Shown: positions 48,301 through 56,810, numbered from the stretch's first letter. The stretch is 64,000 nt of DNA from a bacterium (GCA_023228325.1 JALOBK010000001.1:1094133-1158132); one strand, 5' to 3'. Numbers and translations: made by a program. The notes: generated by a model not told the origin, from the letters alone.

Positions 48301-50310
48301 GAAAGTATTTATAAGGGCCGGACTCCGGATGGGGAAAATTATGTAATGGAGGAAAGGATATTTGTTAAAGATATATACGGGAAAACAGTTTTCCGCGACG
48401 GCTTGCCGGCATATGAGACGATAATAAACTATTACAATATGGAAGGCGAATTGGAAGCGGGAATCTCGGGTGATGTCATAGCGGTTATGGGTTACGAGGA
48501 CGGAAGCGAACTGTTAAGGGATGTGTATATTGACCCTCTTATAAAAGTGAATATGGATAATATCGAAGACCTTTCGGAAATGCTAAAAGGCAGGCAGTGG
48601 GTTTACCGTTTCAGGTCTACAGGCGAAAAACCTACGTTAAGGGAAGCCATTGAAAAGAATCTTATATATATGGATCCTGAAGAAAGGCGGAAGGCGGCAG
48701 ACATTATTCTGGTGCTGATTAACAGTCAGGCAAAGGAAGAGATAAACGATACAATGGTGCTTGAAGAAAGGGAAGTTATAAATAACCTTCAGGGGGTTTA
48801 TGGCGAGGAAGCCGTATCTTTTGTAGTGTATTACATGCCGGGCGATGCCATGGGAAGAGAAAGACTTAAGGTAACCGGCGGCAAAATCGAGATCCCGTTT
48901 GAATGGATAAGCGGTAAACCTGTAGCATCCAGGTCTCTTTCATTTAATTTAAGCGGGCAGTTGCTGGCTGTAAGGGAGATTCTTGACCCTGAGCGCGCGG
49001 ATAGTGTTTTCAATAGCTCAGACCTGGAAAACATGGGTAGTCTGGGTATAACTTCAGATACGCTTCTTCCGGGTTCTGTTGAAATAAACTACAGGATTGT
49101 GACAGACGCGTCGGGCAACCCTGTTCACACCGATACAATATCTCATATAAATGTAAGCTATCTTATGCCCGAAGATATTTTAAGCAGGGAGCTTGCGGTG
49201 ATTAAGTTCAATGTCATAGGAAAACATAAGGGGCTGGATATAAAGAAAAATGTCCGGAGAGTGCGCAATTGGCTCGGGCAGGAAATGCTTATCGAAAAAT
49301 GGGATGACGAAAAAAACCGCGAAAAAGAAAAAACTATAGGGAAGAGAAAAGAAACCATAATCAAGGAATGGTATAACGAATCAAAAAATTTAGATGAAAT
49401 GAGAGCAGCTCTTATAAAAGAATTTGCCGGCGGGGCTTTACGGGCCGCGGATGTTGAAAAGGGAAAATGGCCAAAGACATTTGATGAGCTTGAAAACATT
49501 ATAAAAAAAGGAACAATAAAAGAGAAAAATTTACATATAAGCGTTGCCAAAATAAAGAGTTCTCTTGAAAATATGAAAGTGGCGCCTCCGGGCGTATTAC
49601 CCGGATTGCACATAATAGAAGATGACGGTTCCCTGAAGGAGATAAAATATTTTGCCGGCATGTTTGAATATCCCAGGGATGTGTTCAGCCATAAAGGCAT
49701 AGCCGTGCCATATGAAGAAGAGATAAAACCGTTCGGCCTGCCTGAAGGCCCGCCGATACTTGGTTTAAAATATTTCATTCTTAATTCAGACGATTTTATT
49801 TATGACGTCCACACGCTGAACGGCCAGCTGATTATCAGGGCGAGGCCATATATCCAGATAAGGCTTGTAAATATGTTCCCGGTTGAAAGCGGGGATGAGC
49901 AGATAGAATATTATGACCCTTTTGTCCCGTATCCTTATCTGAGGCCGATAAAGATTGAGAGAGATTTCGAATCGGGCAGGGAGCCGACCGGAGAGAAGCC
50001 GGGTATGCTTACCATAGCCGTGTTTCCTGATAACTCCACGGTATATCTTGATAACGGATGGAAAGCCCAGACATTTATGGAACGGAGGCCGCTTGATATC
50101 GACCACTGGATAAAGTCGGTGAATTATTATGATGAAGATGAAGAACTTAAATATAAGAAGGAGCACATAGAGAGCAAATCAATATATACTTTAAAACGGG
50201 TCGGGTGGAAAATCCCCCTGGCTTTAATATCCGCGCTTGCATTGTTAATATGGTTTCTGGGATTCCGGGAACATTTAAGGATGCTGAAGAAACGGGATGA
50301 AAGATTGTGA
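45325..50310 (+). CDS. Giant periplasmic protein: (alpha/alpha)6 glycosidase-like domain, YD-like repeats, C-terminal TM anchor
   Basis: Signal peptide; STEENMDCYA, LPY, GYNPF shared with 39437; multiple xDxxG motifs; terminal TM + basic tail. Confidence 0.55.
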   Translation: MKSKKISYLFSGVLFVLLTAAFCDLYVFATEARRKTAVSKCDIIANPLADVTQRDEMLRPGEITSFLLECRYPVTGLIPTEISTEGVANIHRGQSSTYASAVAQQILLMSGKTEEAEKMAETMRSLEEKRNIPNTVDLVSGLSSDFYTTAGPNAFWGIGFLKEYHFTKEQKWLDAAVKIADFLISLQSIDGGIRKDPNPLNAEYRVKSTEENMDCYAFFKMLFSVTGDNKYERTAGKILQWLAQSGVYNRKQGFFSIGTFNNVVDPTYGLDVNALAIIILGPEMLNAGEGKVVFEGRDTAGKVVESFEKALVTVDYMHPDGTEIKGVTGFDFTDKLGRGGRQEIITPEFSSQTALAYMVMAVYELNRNNTQKAVSYSHKAKGILENLSIMAARREETASLPYATLPRIRRFGFDNWFTPSAEANISSCWVAFPLAGYNPFELDGFKIRDSIERIAPWVVDFGKIKASLNMFPQFIETNPPPEIALSAYREAVREDDVPERPFIYYKILYEKSLMDYLLAKSRLESVLMTSYSAWVDGLIDISEAGYDALEITRDGKLVKKKTYEISPDIRKILEEEYLYFDELTGSQWMKAIKYNLDIDYSKGTNYAFEVDGDYNIVRQFRTERDVPQSNREDLKDNTVEFKSVRGLPEGHIIMRYCTAVELDENNRVVDAYESVDDLPAMVAKVPINEQTYIRFNNAEGQERRKLLESGIIPFFDGTLAMREEGNFYYTQVLALDTSRRLFSRTYSRDRGTDIVVGTRLLLADWEVDKRTKINSVKYEKGLVDGMAMTIKRPLIGEKPLKTEPLWILLGKDARDEEIQNLKNIQAGLIEKIDREADAQVRQSFIKEFDRLNTEMFWLDEKGYLHTISHGLKGAEKLLKEIEKAKIKADASPKEYFSVLGRDLGGRDYRDVYGLVWIGVRDKKSGNMLQVETYDIAGNLKFILAGNIHIDPLTKNVIAETRTDILYDEDSGQMIGSHTYAIDIEGNWVTDISESIYKGRTPDGENYVMEERIFVKDIYGKTVFRDGLPAYETIINYYNMEGELEAGISGDVIAVMGYEDGSELLRDVYIDPLIKVNMDNIEDLSEMLKGRQWVYRFRSTGEKPTLREAIEKNLIYMDPEERRKAADIILVLINSQAKEEINDTMVLEEREVINNLQGVYGEEAVSFVVYYMPGDAMGRERLKVTGGKIEIPFEWISGKPVASRSLSFNLSGQLLAVREILDPERADSVFNSSDLENMGSLGITSDTLLPGSVEINYRIVTDASGNPVHTDTISHINVSYLMPEDILSRELAVIKFNVIGKHKGLDIKKNVRRVRNWLGQEMLIEKWDDEKNREKEKTIGKRKETIIKEWYNESKNLDEMRAALIKEFAGGALRAADVEKGKWPKTFDELENIIKKGTIKEKNLHISVAKIKSSLENMKVAPPGVLPGLHIIEDDGSLKEIKYFAGMFEYPRDVFSHKGIAVPYEEEIKPFGLPEGPPILGLKYFILNSDDFIYDVHTLNGQLIIRARPYIQIRLVNMFPVESGDEQIEYYDPFVPYPYLRPIKIERDFESGREPTGEKPGMLTIAVFPDNSTVYLDNGWKAQTFMERRPLDIDHWIKSVNYYDEDEELKYKKEHIESKSIYTLKRVGWKIPLALISALALLIWFLGFREHLRMLKKRDERL

Positions 50311-50357
50311 TTTCCTGAAATACATGAAAAAAGGGAAAAACTTTAAGAGAAAAAAAT

Positions 50358-53300
50358 ATGACGGAAAAATCAAAACTTCAGATTATATTTAAGGAAAATG
50401 TGGCAAAAGAATTCAGGCCTCTTATAAACGAGGCATTAGCCGTGTTGGGCGCAAGCCCGGATAGCTACAGCGCGTGCGTCAATGCCATAATAACCAGGAT
50501 TTTCTCAAAAGCGGATTTTAACGATATCAGCCTTAAGTCCTTATATGGAATAGAACTTTCTGAATATGAGAAATGGTCTTCCAGATGCGGGGACCGTTAT
50601 AAATGGACGGATACAGGCTTTAAAAGCCCCTTAAAAAGCGATGATTTTAAAAGTGACATCCATGATATAAAAGGGCATTTGCTGCTGGTTGTCTTATTCA
50701 GGATAGTGTTTGAAGAATCAATGGAATTTAAGGCGACCTGCCCTTCCTTCCGTTACTTCCTCTTCGAAAAATCCCTGAAGATGTTTTCGGAGCAGAAAGA
50801 AAAAGCCATTCTGGACGAAATAAAAAATGATACATGGGCCCTTCTGGAAGCCCTTCGACCGGGGTATTCAAAAGATTTAACCAAGGAAAAGAAAATTACT
50901 TTTGAAGATATAGAAAGCCTGTTCAGGGGTGATAAGAGGGAATTTCTGAAAGATTTTAAAAATCTCAGCGGCCGTCCGAAGGAGGAAAAATTAAAATATC
51001 TTGTTTCCGGAAATCCGGATGCCACAGTCCGCAGCGCCGGAAAAGCTGAAAATTTTGTATGGCTGAAAACATTTAAAGATAAACAGGGATTGATACCGTT
51101 TATTGCGAACATCAGGAAGCTGTGGATTCCCTTAATCCCTCTTTTTGCCACGGTGTTTGCCGTCGGCATTGCAACCGGTCTTAATAAAAATATATTTATT
51201 ACCCAGTCAAGCCGGTTTGCATCTCTGCTGGCGGGGATGTTTGCTCCTGTGATGGAAGTTCCCGTTTCCGTCATAGTTTTCTTTCTTGATATATCTTTGT
51301 GCGCATTGCTGGGCGTTTTTCTCAGCCTGCTGCTGCTGCAGGCAACATTGGGGGGAAGGTTCCCGGATGACAGAAATCTGTCCCGGTCCGGCGCTGGGGA
51401 AGCGGTCAGGAAATTCAAGGTCTTGTATGTATCTTCGGTGTATATATGGGGTGTTTTCAGCATATTCGTAATAAGGTGGACGGCATTTGTAATCCAGAAA
51501 ACAAGTTTCCGGCATACAGGATGGGAGATCTTTATCGATGGCGGGGCAGCTCTCCTGACGGTGTTATTTGTATTGGCAAGTTTCCAGTCCTTGTTCTATG
51601 TGGTTATTTCGTTTTTTGCATATTTGCAGGGGAAGAAAGAAGGTGTGGGGCAGGTAGTCCATTGGAGCCAGATACAAGCAAAATTTGAAGAAGCGGGAAA
51701 AAGATTCGGGAAAATAATGGGAATTAAAACCGGCTTAAACGATAAATACGGATGGCGGCATTACTGGAATTGTTTTGTAAGCGATATGTTCGAAAATTAC
51801 AAGATAAGCAAAACAGAGAGAGATAACCTTTTGCTTGGCGAAAAAAATGTTTCCGGCGCCGGTTTTGAAAAACCCGCAAATGATGAAGCCGGCGACAGGA
51901 TGAAACGGGTTATCAACAGCTGGCTTATGGATATGCCGAAGAACCTGCCGTGGGAAGAGTTCCCTGTTTTGACCGTGCTCATTACGGCTTTTAATGAGCC
52001 TGTCAGTATATTGTACGAAGAACTCGGCGTGGTTGAAAAAGGGGCCGGCGAAACAAGGCTTAACCATTTGATTGACCGGTATGGCGAAGACTGGAATGAG
52101 TTCGTTGACAGGATTGATGAGAAAGAGCTGAGGAATATAATATCAAAGGATGAATTAAAGACCGTTTCCGGATTCCAGAAATTGCCCGGCAACATCCCCG
52201 GCGCCCTAAAAGAGAAGATAAGGATATGGGCTACGCTTATGGCCCAGCCTATAGAAAGGACAGTAATCGAAACAGCCAAAATAAGGGACGCTTTTAAAAT
52301 TAACGCGCAGATCGCGTTTCCCGGGATTGAGCCTTTCGAAATAGACAGGCTTGTGGATGATAAACTTCAGATACTTCTTAATTACGAAGGTTATCACAAG
52401 TCTGTTACGAGAGATGAGGACAGGGTGTCCCTGAGAAAACTTATGGGCAGTTACCGGCATCTTGAAGTTTACTGGGGACCCGTCGAAGACTCCGATTATG
52501 TATCCGGCGCGGGCCGGGATATTGTTAAGTATTTGAAAAATTCCGATTGCGGTCTCCATAAATATAATCCGGAAAAAGGCGCGATAGAACTTATAGAGAC
52601 AGCTCCTTATACGGTTCCTCCGAAAAAGGGGAAACCCACGGGTTCAAGCCAGTCATTGTCTTTTGTAAAAGGGGATTTTATACTTTTCTTTGACGCTAAT
52701 GCTTCCGTGAGGATTGAAGAGGCTGTGAAAATACCGCTTGCGTTTGCCGAATTTAAAAATGACGAATCACTGAGCGAAGTCCTGTTTTCCGAATACATAT
52801 ATACAAAAGGTTATTCATGGGTCGCTCAGGCCATAGGGTTTAACGACGAAACGTTTACCACTGTTACCCAGAGGGCCATGAACATATTCCATGCCTGCGG
52901 TTTCTACGGGCACAGCGCCGTTATAAAGACAGAGGCGATAACCTGTTCGGGAGGGTTTACCCAGGATTATATTTCGGAGGATATTCTGCTGGCCGTTCTG
53001 ACATGGCTTAAAGGACTTAGGACAACACACAGGCAGTACATATATTTCGGCAAAGGAAGAGAGATATCATTTTATTCGACGCTCAGTCCTTTTGCGAAAT
53101 GGGCGGCCGGGGCTTCCGAAGTAGGGTTAGGCCGTATTATGGCGGATGTCCTGTCTTCTCCCAGGATACATTTTGCGCAGAAATTCATGCTTATGTTCGG
53201 TTTTTCATTTTATTATCATCTGCCTCTTGTGCTGGTGATAAATTTTATTTATATGTGGTTTATGGTTTGCTGGGGTGTGAACGCATTTATGAGCGTTCCT

Positions 53301-54701
53301 TTCCCTTTTATTTTTGTGATACTGGGCTTGCTGTTTAACCAGTCGATTACAAGCATGGGCCTGGTATACCTGATAGAAAGATTCGGAGTAACAGGCACAC
53401 CGGGGGAATACCTTAAACTTGTAGCCAAAAATTTCTTCCTTTACACAGCGGCGATACCGAGTTATGCCCTTGGTTTTATAAAGGGTTTGAGAGGAAAGTT
53501 CAAGCCCTCCATAAGCAGTAAAGGCTGGAACCTAGGGCATCTTTCGTTCAGGGATATTTGGGGAGAAGACAGGATTTATTTCAATATTATTTTCGCCACC
53601 ACACTGATAGGCGTCCCACTGCTGTTTGTGCTTGTCTCATTGGAAAGCCTGCCTTTCTGGGTAAGCCCTTTTATCGCCCTGTTTCCTCTCGCGGCGGTTT
53701 TAATGCTTTATTATCTGGGAAAATTCGGCGCCTGGACGGGGATAGGTTTTTTAAAAGTGCTCAGGGATGACATTGTTCCGGAAGGGGATTTTTCCAGGGT
53801 TTCGGCAGTCAAAATTCAGATGATATTTTCCATAGGGCTTACGGCATTTATAGGCGTGGGGTTTGTTCTGTGGGGCGTGGTCTTCTCTTCTTTTGCCAGC
53901 AAGCTGCTGTTTGCTTTATCATTGATATATCTCACCCCGCCGGTATCTTATATTTTCGTGCCTATGCTTGCCCATTCCCAGCCTTTTGCCATATTTAAGG
54001 AAGTCACCGAATCCAGGCTGTGGAATCTGCTGTTGATTCCTCTTGTTTATCTCGGCACCGTTATGACTTTTATATTGATAGCGGTAAACATAATAAGGCT
54101 TGACCTGGAGGTGACGGTATATCTTTTGCTTGCGGTGTCTTTTCTTGCCGGCTGGTTTTTGCTGAAAAGGAAACTGAGCGGATACAGCTCCCTTAACAGG
54201 TGGCTTAAGAAAAATTTCGCCGATTATAAGAAAGGGAAAGCCGTTTACCGGTCCGCAGTGCAGGATGATATCTATTTTAAGCATCAGGAATTGCTGAGGC
54301 TGCCAAGGGAAAAAGGGTATGAAAAATCGATTTATATTCTGAAAATCATACTCCTGGCCGGGATTCCCCTCGTTTTCTTCCTGGATATTATTTCGGAACT
54401 TGGCAGGGGGTATTACAGGCAATGGTTCTGGTATGTCATAGAAGTCATGATATTCGCCTGTTTTTTCCTTAATTTGAAAAGCACGGAAAAAGACCGGAAC
54501 CTGTTAAAGGATTTAATAAGTGTGATTACGTTTGCGGATATAAATAAAATAAATAGGGAAAATTTTCAGATAGAGAATGTATGGCAGAAATTAGGAAATA
54601 ACTACAGAGAATATCTTGCGGGTTCTTATCGCAGTTCTGACGATGCAAAAAAGGCTCTTTTGGATTTTATCAGATATGTAAATCACAATGTAAGTAAGTG
54701 A
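50358..54701 (+). CDS. FKS/callose synthase-like (GT48) 1,3-beta-glucan synthase homologue
   Basis: Ordered GT48 motifs: WNCFV..ISKTERDNLL, PANDEA..MDMP, PVLTVL..NE, DWNEFVDRI, WATLMAQ..RTV, GKP..KGDFILFFDAN..EEAVK..AEF, YGH, ISEDI, YIYFGKGRE; TM blocks on both sides. Confidence 0.85.
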   Translation: MTEKSKLQIIFKENVAKEFRPLINEALAVLGASPDSYSACVNAIITRIFSKADFNDISLKSLYGIELSEYEKWSSRCGDRYKWTDTGFKSPLKSDDFKSDIHDIKGHLLLVVLFRIVFEESMEFKATCPSFRYFLFEKSLKMFSEQKEKAILDEIKNDTWALLEALRPGYSKDLTKEKKITFEDIESLFRGDKREFLKDFKNLSGRPKEEKLKYLVSGNPDATVRSAGKAENFVWLKTFKDKQGLIPFIANIRKLWIPLIPLFATVFAVGIATGLNKNIFITQSSRFASLLAGMFAPVMEVPVSVIVFFLDISLCALLGVFLSLLLLQATLGGRFPDDRNLSRSGAGEAVRKFKVLYVSSVYIWGVFSIFVIRWTAFVIQKTSFRHTGWEIFIDGGAALLTVLFVLASFQSLFYVVISFFAYLQGKKEGVGQVVHWSQIQAKFEEAGKRFGKIMGIKTGLNDKYGWRHYWNCFVSDMFENYKISKTERDNLLLGEKNVSGAGFEKPANDEAGDRMKRVINSWLMDMPKNLPWEEFPVLTVLITAFNEPVSILYEELGVVEKGAGETRLNHLIDRYGEDWNEFVDRIDEKELRNIISKDELKTVSGFQKLPGNIPGALKEKIRIWATLMAQPIERTVIETAKIRDAFKINAQIAFPGIEPFEIDRLVDDKLQILLNYEGYHKSVTRDEDRVSLRKLMGSYRHLEVYWGPVEDSDYVSGAGRDIVKYLKNSDCGLHKYNPEKGAIELIETAPYTVPPKKGKPTGSSQSLSFVKGDFILFFDANASVRIEEAVKIPLAFAEFKNDESLSEVLFSEYIYTKGYSWVAQAIGFNDETFTTVTQRAMNIFHACGFYGHSAVIKTEAITCSGGFTQDYISEDILLAVLTWLKGLRTTHRQYIYFGKGREISFYSTLSPFAKWAAGASEVGLGRIMADVLSSPRIHFAQKFMLMFGFSFYYHLPLVLVINFIYMWFMVCWGVNAFMSVPFPFIFVILGLLFNQSITSMGLVYLIERFGVTGTPGEYLKLVAKNFFLYTAAIPSYALGFIKGLRGKFKPSISSKGWNLGHLSFRDIWGEDRIYFNIIFATTLIGVPLLFVLVSLESLPFWVSPFIALFPLAAVLMLYYLGKFGAWTGIGFLKVLRDDIVPEGDFSRVSAVKIQMIFSIGLTAFIGVGFVLWGVVFSSFASKLLFALSLIYLTPPVSYIFVPMLAHSQPFAIFKEVTESRLWNLLLIPLVYLGTVMTFILIAVNIIRLDLEVTVYLLLAVSFLAGWFLLKRKLSGYSSLNRWLKKNFADYKKGKAVYRSAVQDDIYFKHQELLRLPREKGYEKSIYILKIILLAGIPLVFFLDIISELGRGYYRQWFWYVIEVMIFACFFLNLKSTEKDRNLLKDLISVITFADINKINRENFQIENVWQKLGNNYREYLAGSYRSSDDAKKALLDFIRYVNHNVSK

Positions 54702-54714
54702 AAGGAGATGTAGA

Positions 54715-55290
54715 ATGAGAGTTGTATTTTTCTTTATTTGTTTGTTTTGCATTATTAATGTGTGTGAATCTGATGTAATAAATACAAAATATTATAGATT
54801 TATTTTGCCTGACAATCTTGATATTGTATATTCAAAACCAGATATTATTACCAAAGAGGAAGAAGAGACAGGCGCTTTTATAAAAGATAGCAAAGAGGGT
54901 TTTATAGATATTGTTTGGCGTAGCGGCAGAGATGAGATTGCTTTTAGATTAGAATCTATGCCGGCAATGAAAGCTTCCCTGGAAGATTTAAAAAGCGTTG
55001 TTCAGTTAATTTATGATAAAGATAAAGATCCCAATATTTGTGAAATTGACTTATTCGAGTTGAAAGATATTAATCTTGGAGTTTTTAAAGGTTTCGAAAT
55101 AAAAAAAGTAGGAAAACCGATTGGTTTAAATCAGCCAAAACATGCATCCGTTGATTTTTGTATTACAGATGGAGAGCTTGTTTGGATGGGATCTCTTTAT
55201 CGGATTGGGAAACCTTTGCTTCCCGGCGGAGGAGATTTGTCCATAGCCAATTTTATATTAGAAAACGCCAGAAGAAAAAGTAAATATTAA
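54715..55290 (+). CDS. Hypothetical exported protein, last gene of operon
   Basis: AAGGAG SD 13 bp after the GT48 stop; signal peptide; visibly AT-rich. Confidence 0.7.
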   Translation: MRVVFFFICLFCIINVCESDVINTKYYRFILPDNLDIVYSKPDIITKEEEETGAFIKDSKEGFIDIVWRSGRDEIAFRLESMPAMKASLEDLKSVVQLIYDKDKDPNICEIDLFELKDINLGVFKGFEIKKVGKPIGLNQPKHASVDFCITDGELVWMGSLYRIGKPLLPGGGDLSIANFILENARRKSKY

Positions 55291-55297
55291 TTATAGA

Positions 55298-56680
55298 TTA
55301 AATGCTGTTTGTTTCCTCGATGTATTCGTGGTATACAAGCCAGTCGTCCGCGATTTTCCTCATCATCCAGTACAGGCTGCTTAAGTCGGCCCCTATTTCG
55401 CATTCAAACTCGATGTTCCTGCGTCCGCTCTTGAACCGCGCGAACAGGTAGTTGCTCATATCCCTTCTTAAAAAGTTACATCTTTTTAACGAATAAAACA
55501 GGGAATCGCGGGCTTTTGAATAGTTCATCAGCCTTATATAGTCGCAATTGACGAATATGCAGTTTTCGTAATCCCCTGAGAGCGTTACGGTGTCGCAGTC
55601 GAGAAATACGCAGTTTTTCACTTTCCCGAGCGCCTGTATTTTTTTTGACCTTATGAAACAGTTTGAATTGCCGTTTTTGGGAACATAGCTTTCTTTTATA
55701 AGTTTCCAGAAAAGTTTTGCGTATGACTCTATGCTTGAAGACCAGTCATCCCAGTATCCTTTTGCGACGGCGGCCCCAACGCTTATATTATATTTATCCA
55801 GGCACTTTTTCATGGCAAGCTGGCAGTGGGAAAGCTTTCTGGGGTTTAATGTCAATGCCTCGCATACAAGCTTGTTAAATGCCCATTCGGAATTATTAAG
55901 GTCGTTTATAAACTCGGAGTTTTCTCTTTTGGAGCGGAAAAGGTCCACCGCTTTTTCGAGCTTGTTCAAATCCTCAATTGTTGTATAAAGCTGGAAGGTA
56001 TTGGCTAAGGTTGTTGTATTAGTGAATTTAGGTATCTTTCTCGCGTCGCTTTCTTTTTCGGTAAAACGGGCGATTTCCTTGTTTTTGTCCAGTTTTATTA
56101 CGCCCAGGGAATTAATTGCTCTTTTGACCGGAACGGGAGCGACAAGCATGGAAAAGGAATGATTCCTCAGGGATTTTTCAAGCGCTTTCATGTCAATTTC
56201 GGTGTAGTTGAAATATTGGTCGATAGGCATGATTATGACCGAATTCTTTATAAGCGGAAGACTGTTTGCTATGCATAAGAGGTTTAGTTTGATCGATTTT
56301 CCCATGGGAAACCTTATGGTTGATTTAAGGGGAAAACCGGCTTCGTATGAAAGAGGGAACATTCTGGTGGCCAGCCCCGCGTCATGGATAAATATGATGC
56401 AGTCATAAGATGCCATTTTTTTCCTGGATGTTCTTGAAAGCAGGCGGGAATATGCGGTTAGATAGCCCACAAGATTTCCCCGGATGCCCGCGGGTTCGAG
56501 AAGTTGGAGCGCATCAACCTTTATTTTTTTGTGATAACGGCCGGCAAGCGCTTTTTCCAGAGACGATATGTCTTCTTCAAAACGGATTTTTTTATATGAG
56601 TTGAATACAACCAGGCATTTGCTGGCCGGTTTATAGTTCAAAGACGCCTCCTTTATGATGTATTTAAAAAAACTGGACAA
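55298..56680 (-). CDS. Divergent sugar-phosphate nucleotidyltransferase (GlgC/NTP_transferase-like)
   Basis: HDAGLATRMFPLS (cf. AGGxGTRLxPLT), LGVIKLDKNKEIARFTEK (cf. FGV..D..GRI..F.EKP), GYWDDW, C-terminal NCVF/NCIF beta-helix-like repeats; start uncertain. Confidence 0.65.
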   Translation of the reverse strand: MSSFFKYIIKEASLNYKPASKCLVVFNSYKKIRFEEDISSLEKALAGRYHKKIKVDALQLLEPAGIRGNLVGYLTAYSRLLSRTSRKKMASYDCIIFIHDAGLATRMFPLSYEAGFPLKSTIRFPMGKSIKLNLLCIANSLPLIKNSVIIMPIDQYFNYTEIDMKALEKSLRNHSFSMLVAPVPVKRAINSLGVIKLDKNKEIARFTEKESDARKIPKFTNTTTLANTFQLYTTIEDLNKLEKAVDLFRSKRENSEFINDLNNSEWAFNKLVCEALTLNPRKLSHCQLAMKKCLDKYNISVGAAVAKGYWDDWSSSIESYAKLFWKLIKESYVPKNGNSNCFIRSKKIQALGKVKNCVFLDCDTVTLSGDYENCIFVNCDYIRLMNYSKARDSLFYSLKRCNFLRRDMSNYLFARFKSGRRNIEFECEIGADLSSLYWMMRKIADDWLVYHEYIEETNSI

Positions 56681-56810
56681 ACGATTATTGCCTGTCTTGC
56701 ATTAAAAATCAAGAAATTTGTGCTGTAACCGCGGATGTGCGCGTGATAAACACAATATAGGAGGAATAGCCCCGGCCGCATGATTATCTTGAGATTTTTA
56801 TTATTATCTC

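Noticed and set aside
48167-48541. Exact repeat TATTGACCCTCTTA at about 48167 and 48527
   Set aside because: Both encode IDPL in frame within the repeat-rich protein; not a separate DNA element
45325-50310. RHS polymorphic toxin
   Set aside because: No DPxG/PxxxxDPxG cleavage core before a C-terminal toxin, no immunity gene, and the C-terminus is a TM anchor
50358-54701. Alternative call as ordinary GT2 cellulose/curdlan synthase or NdvB
   Set aside because: No QxxRW or PilZ; many FKS-specific segments outside the GT-A core match in order
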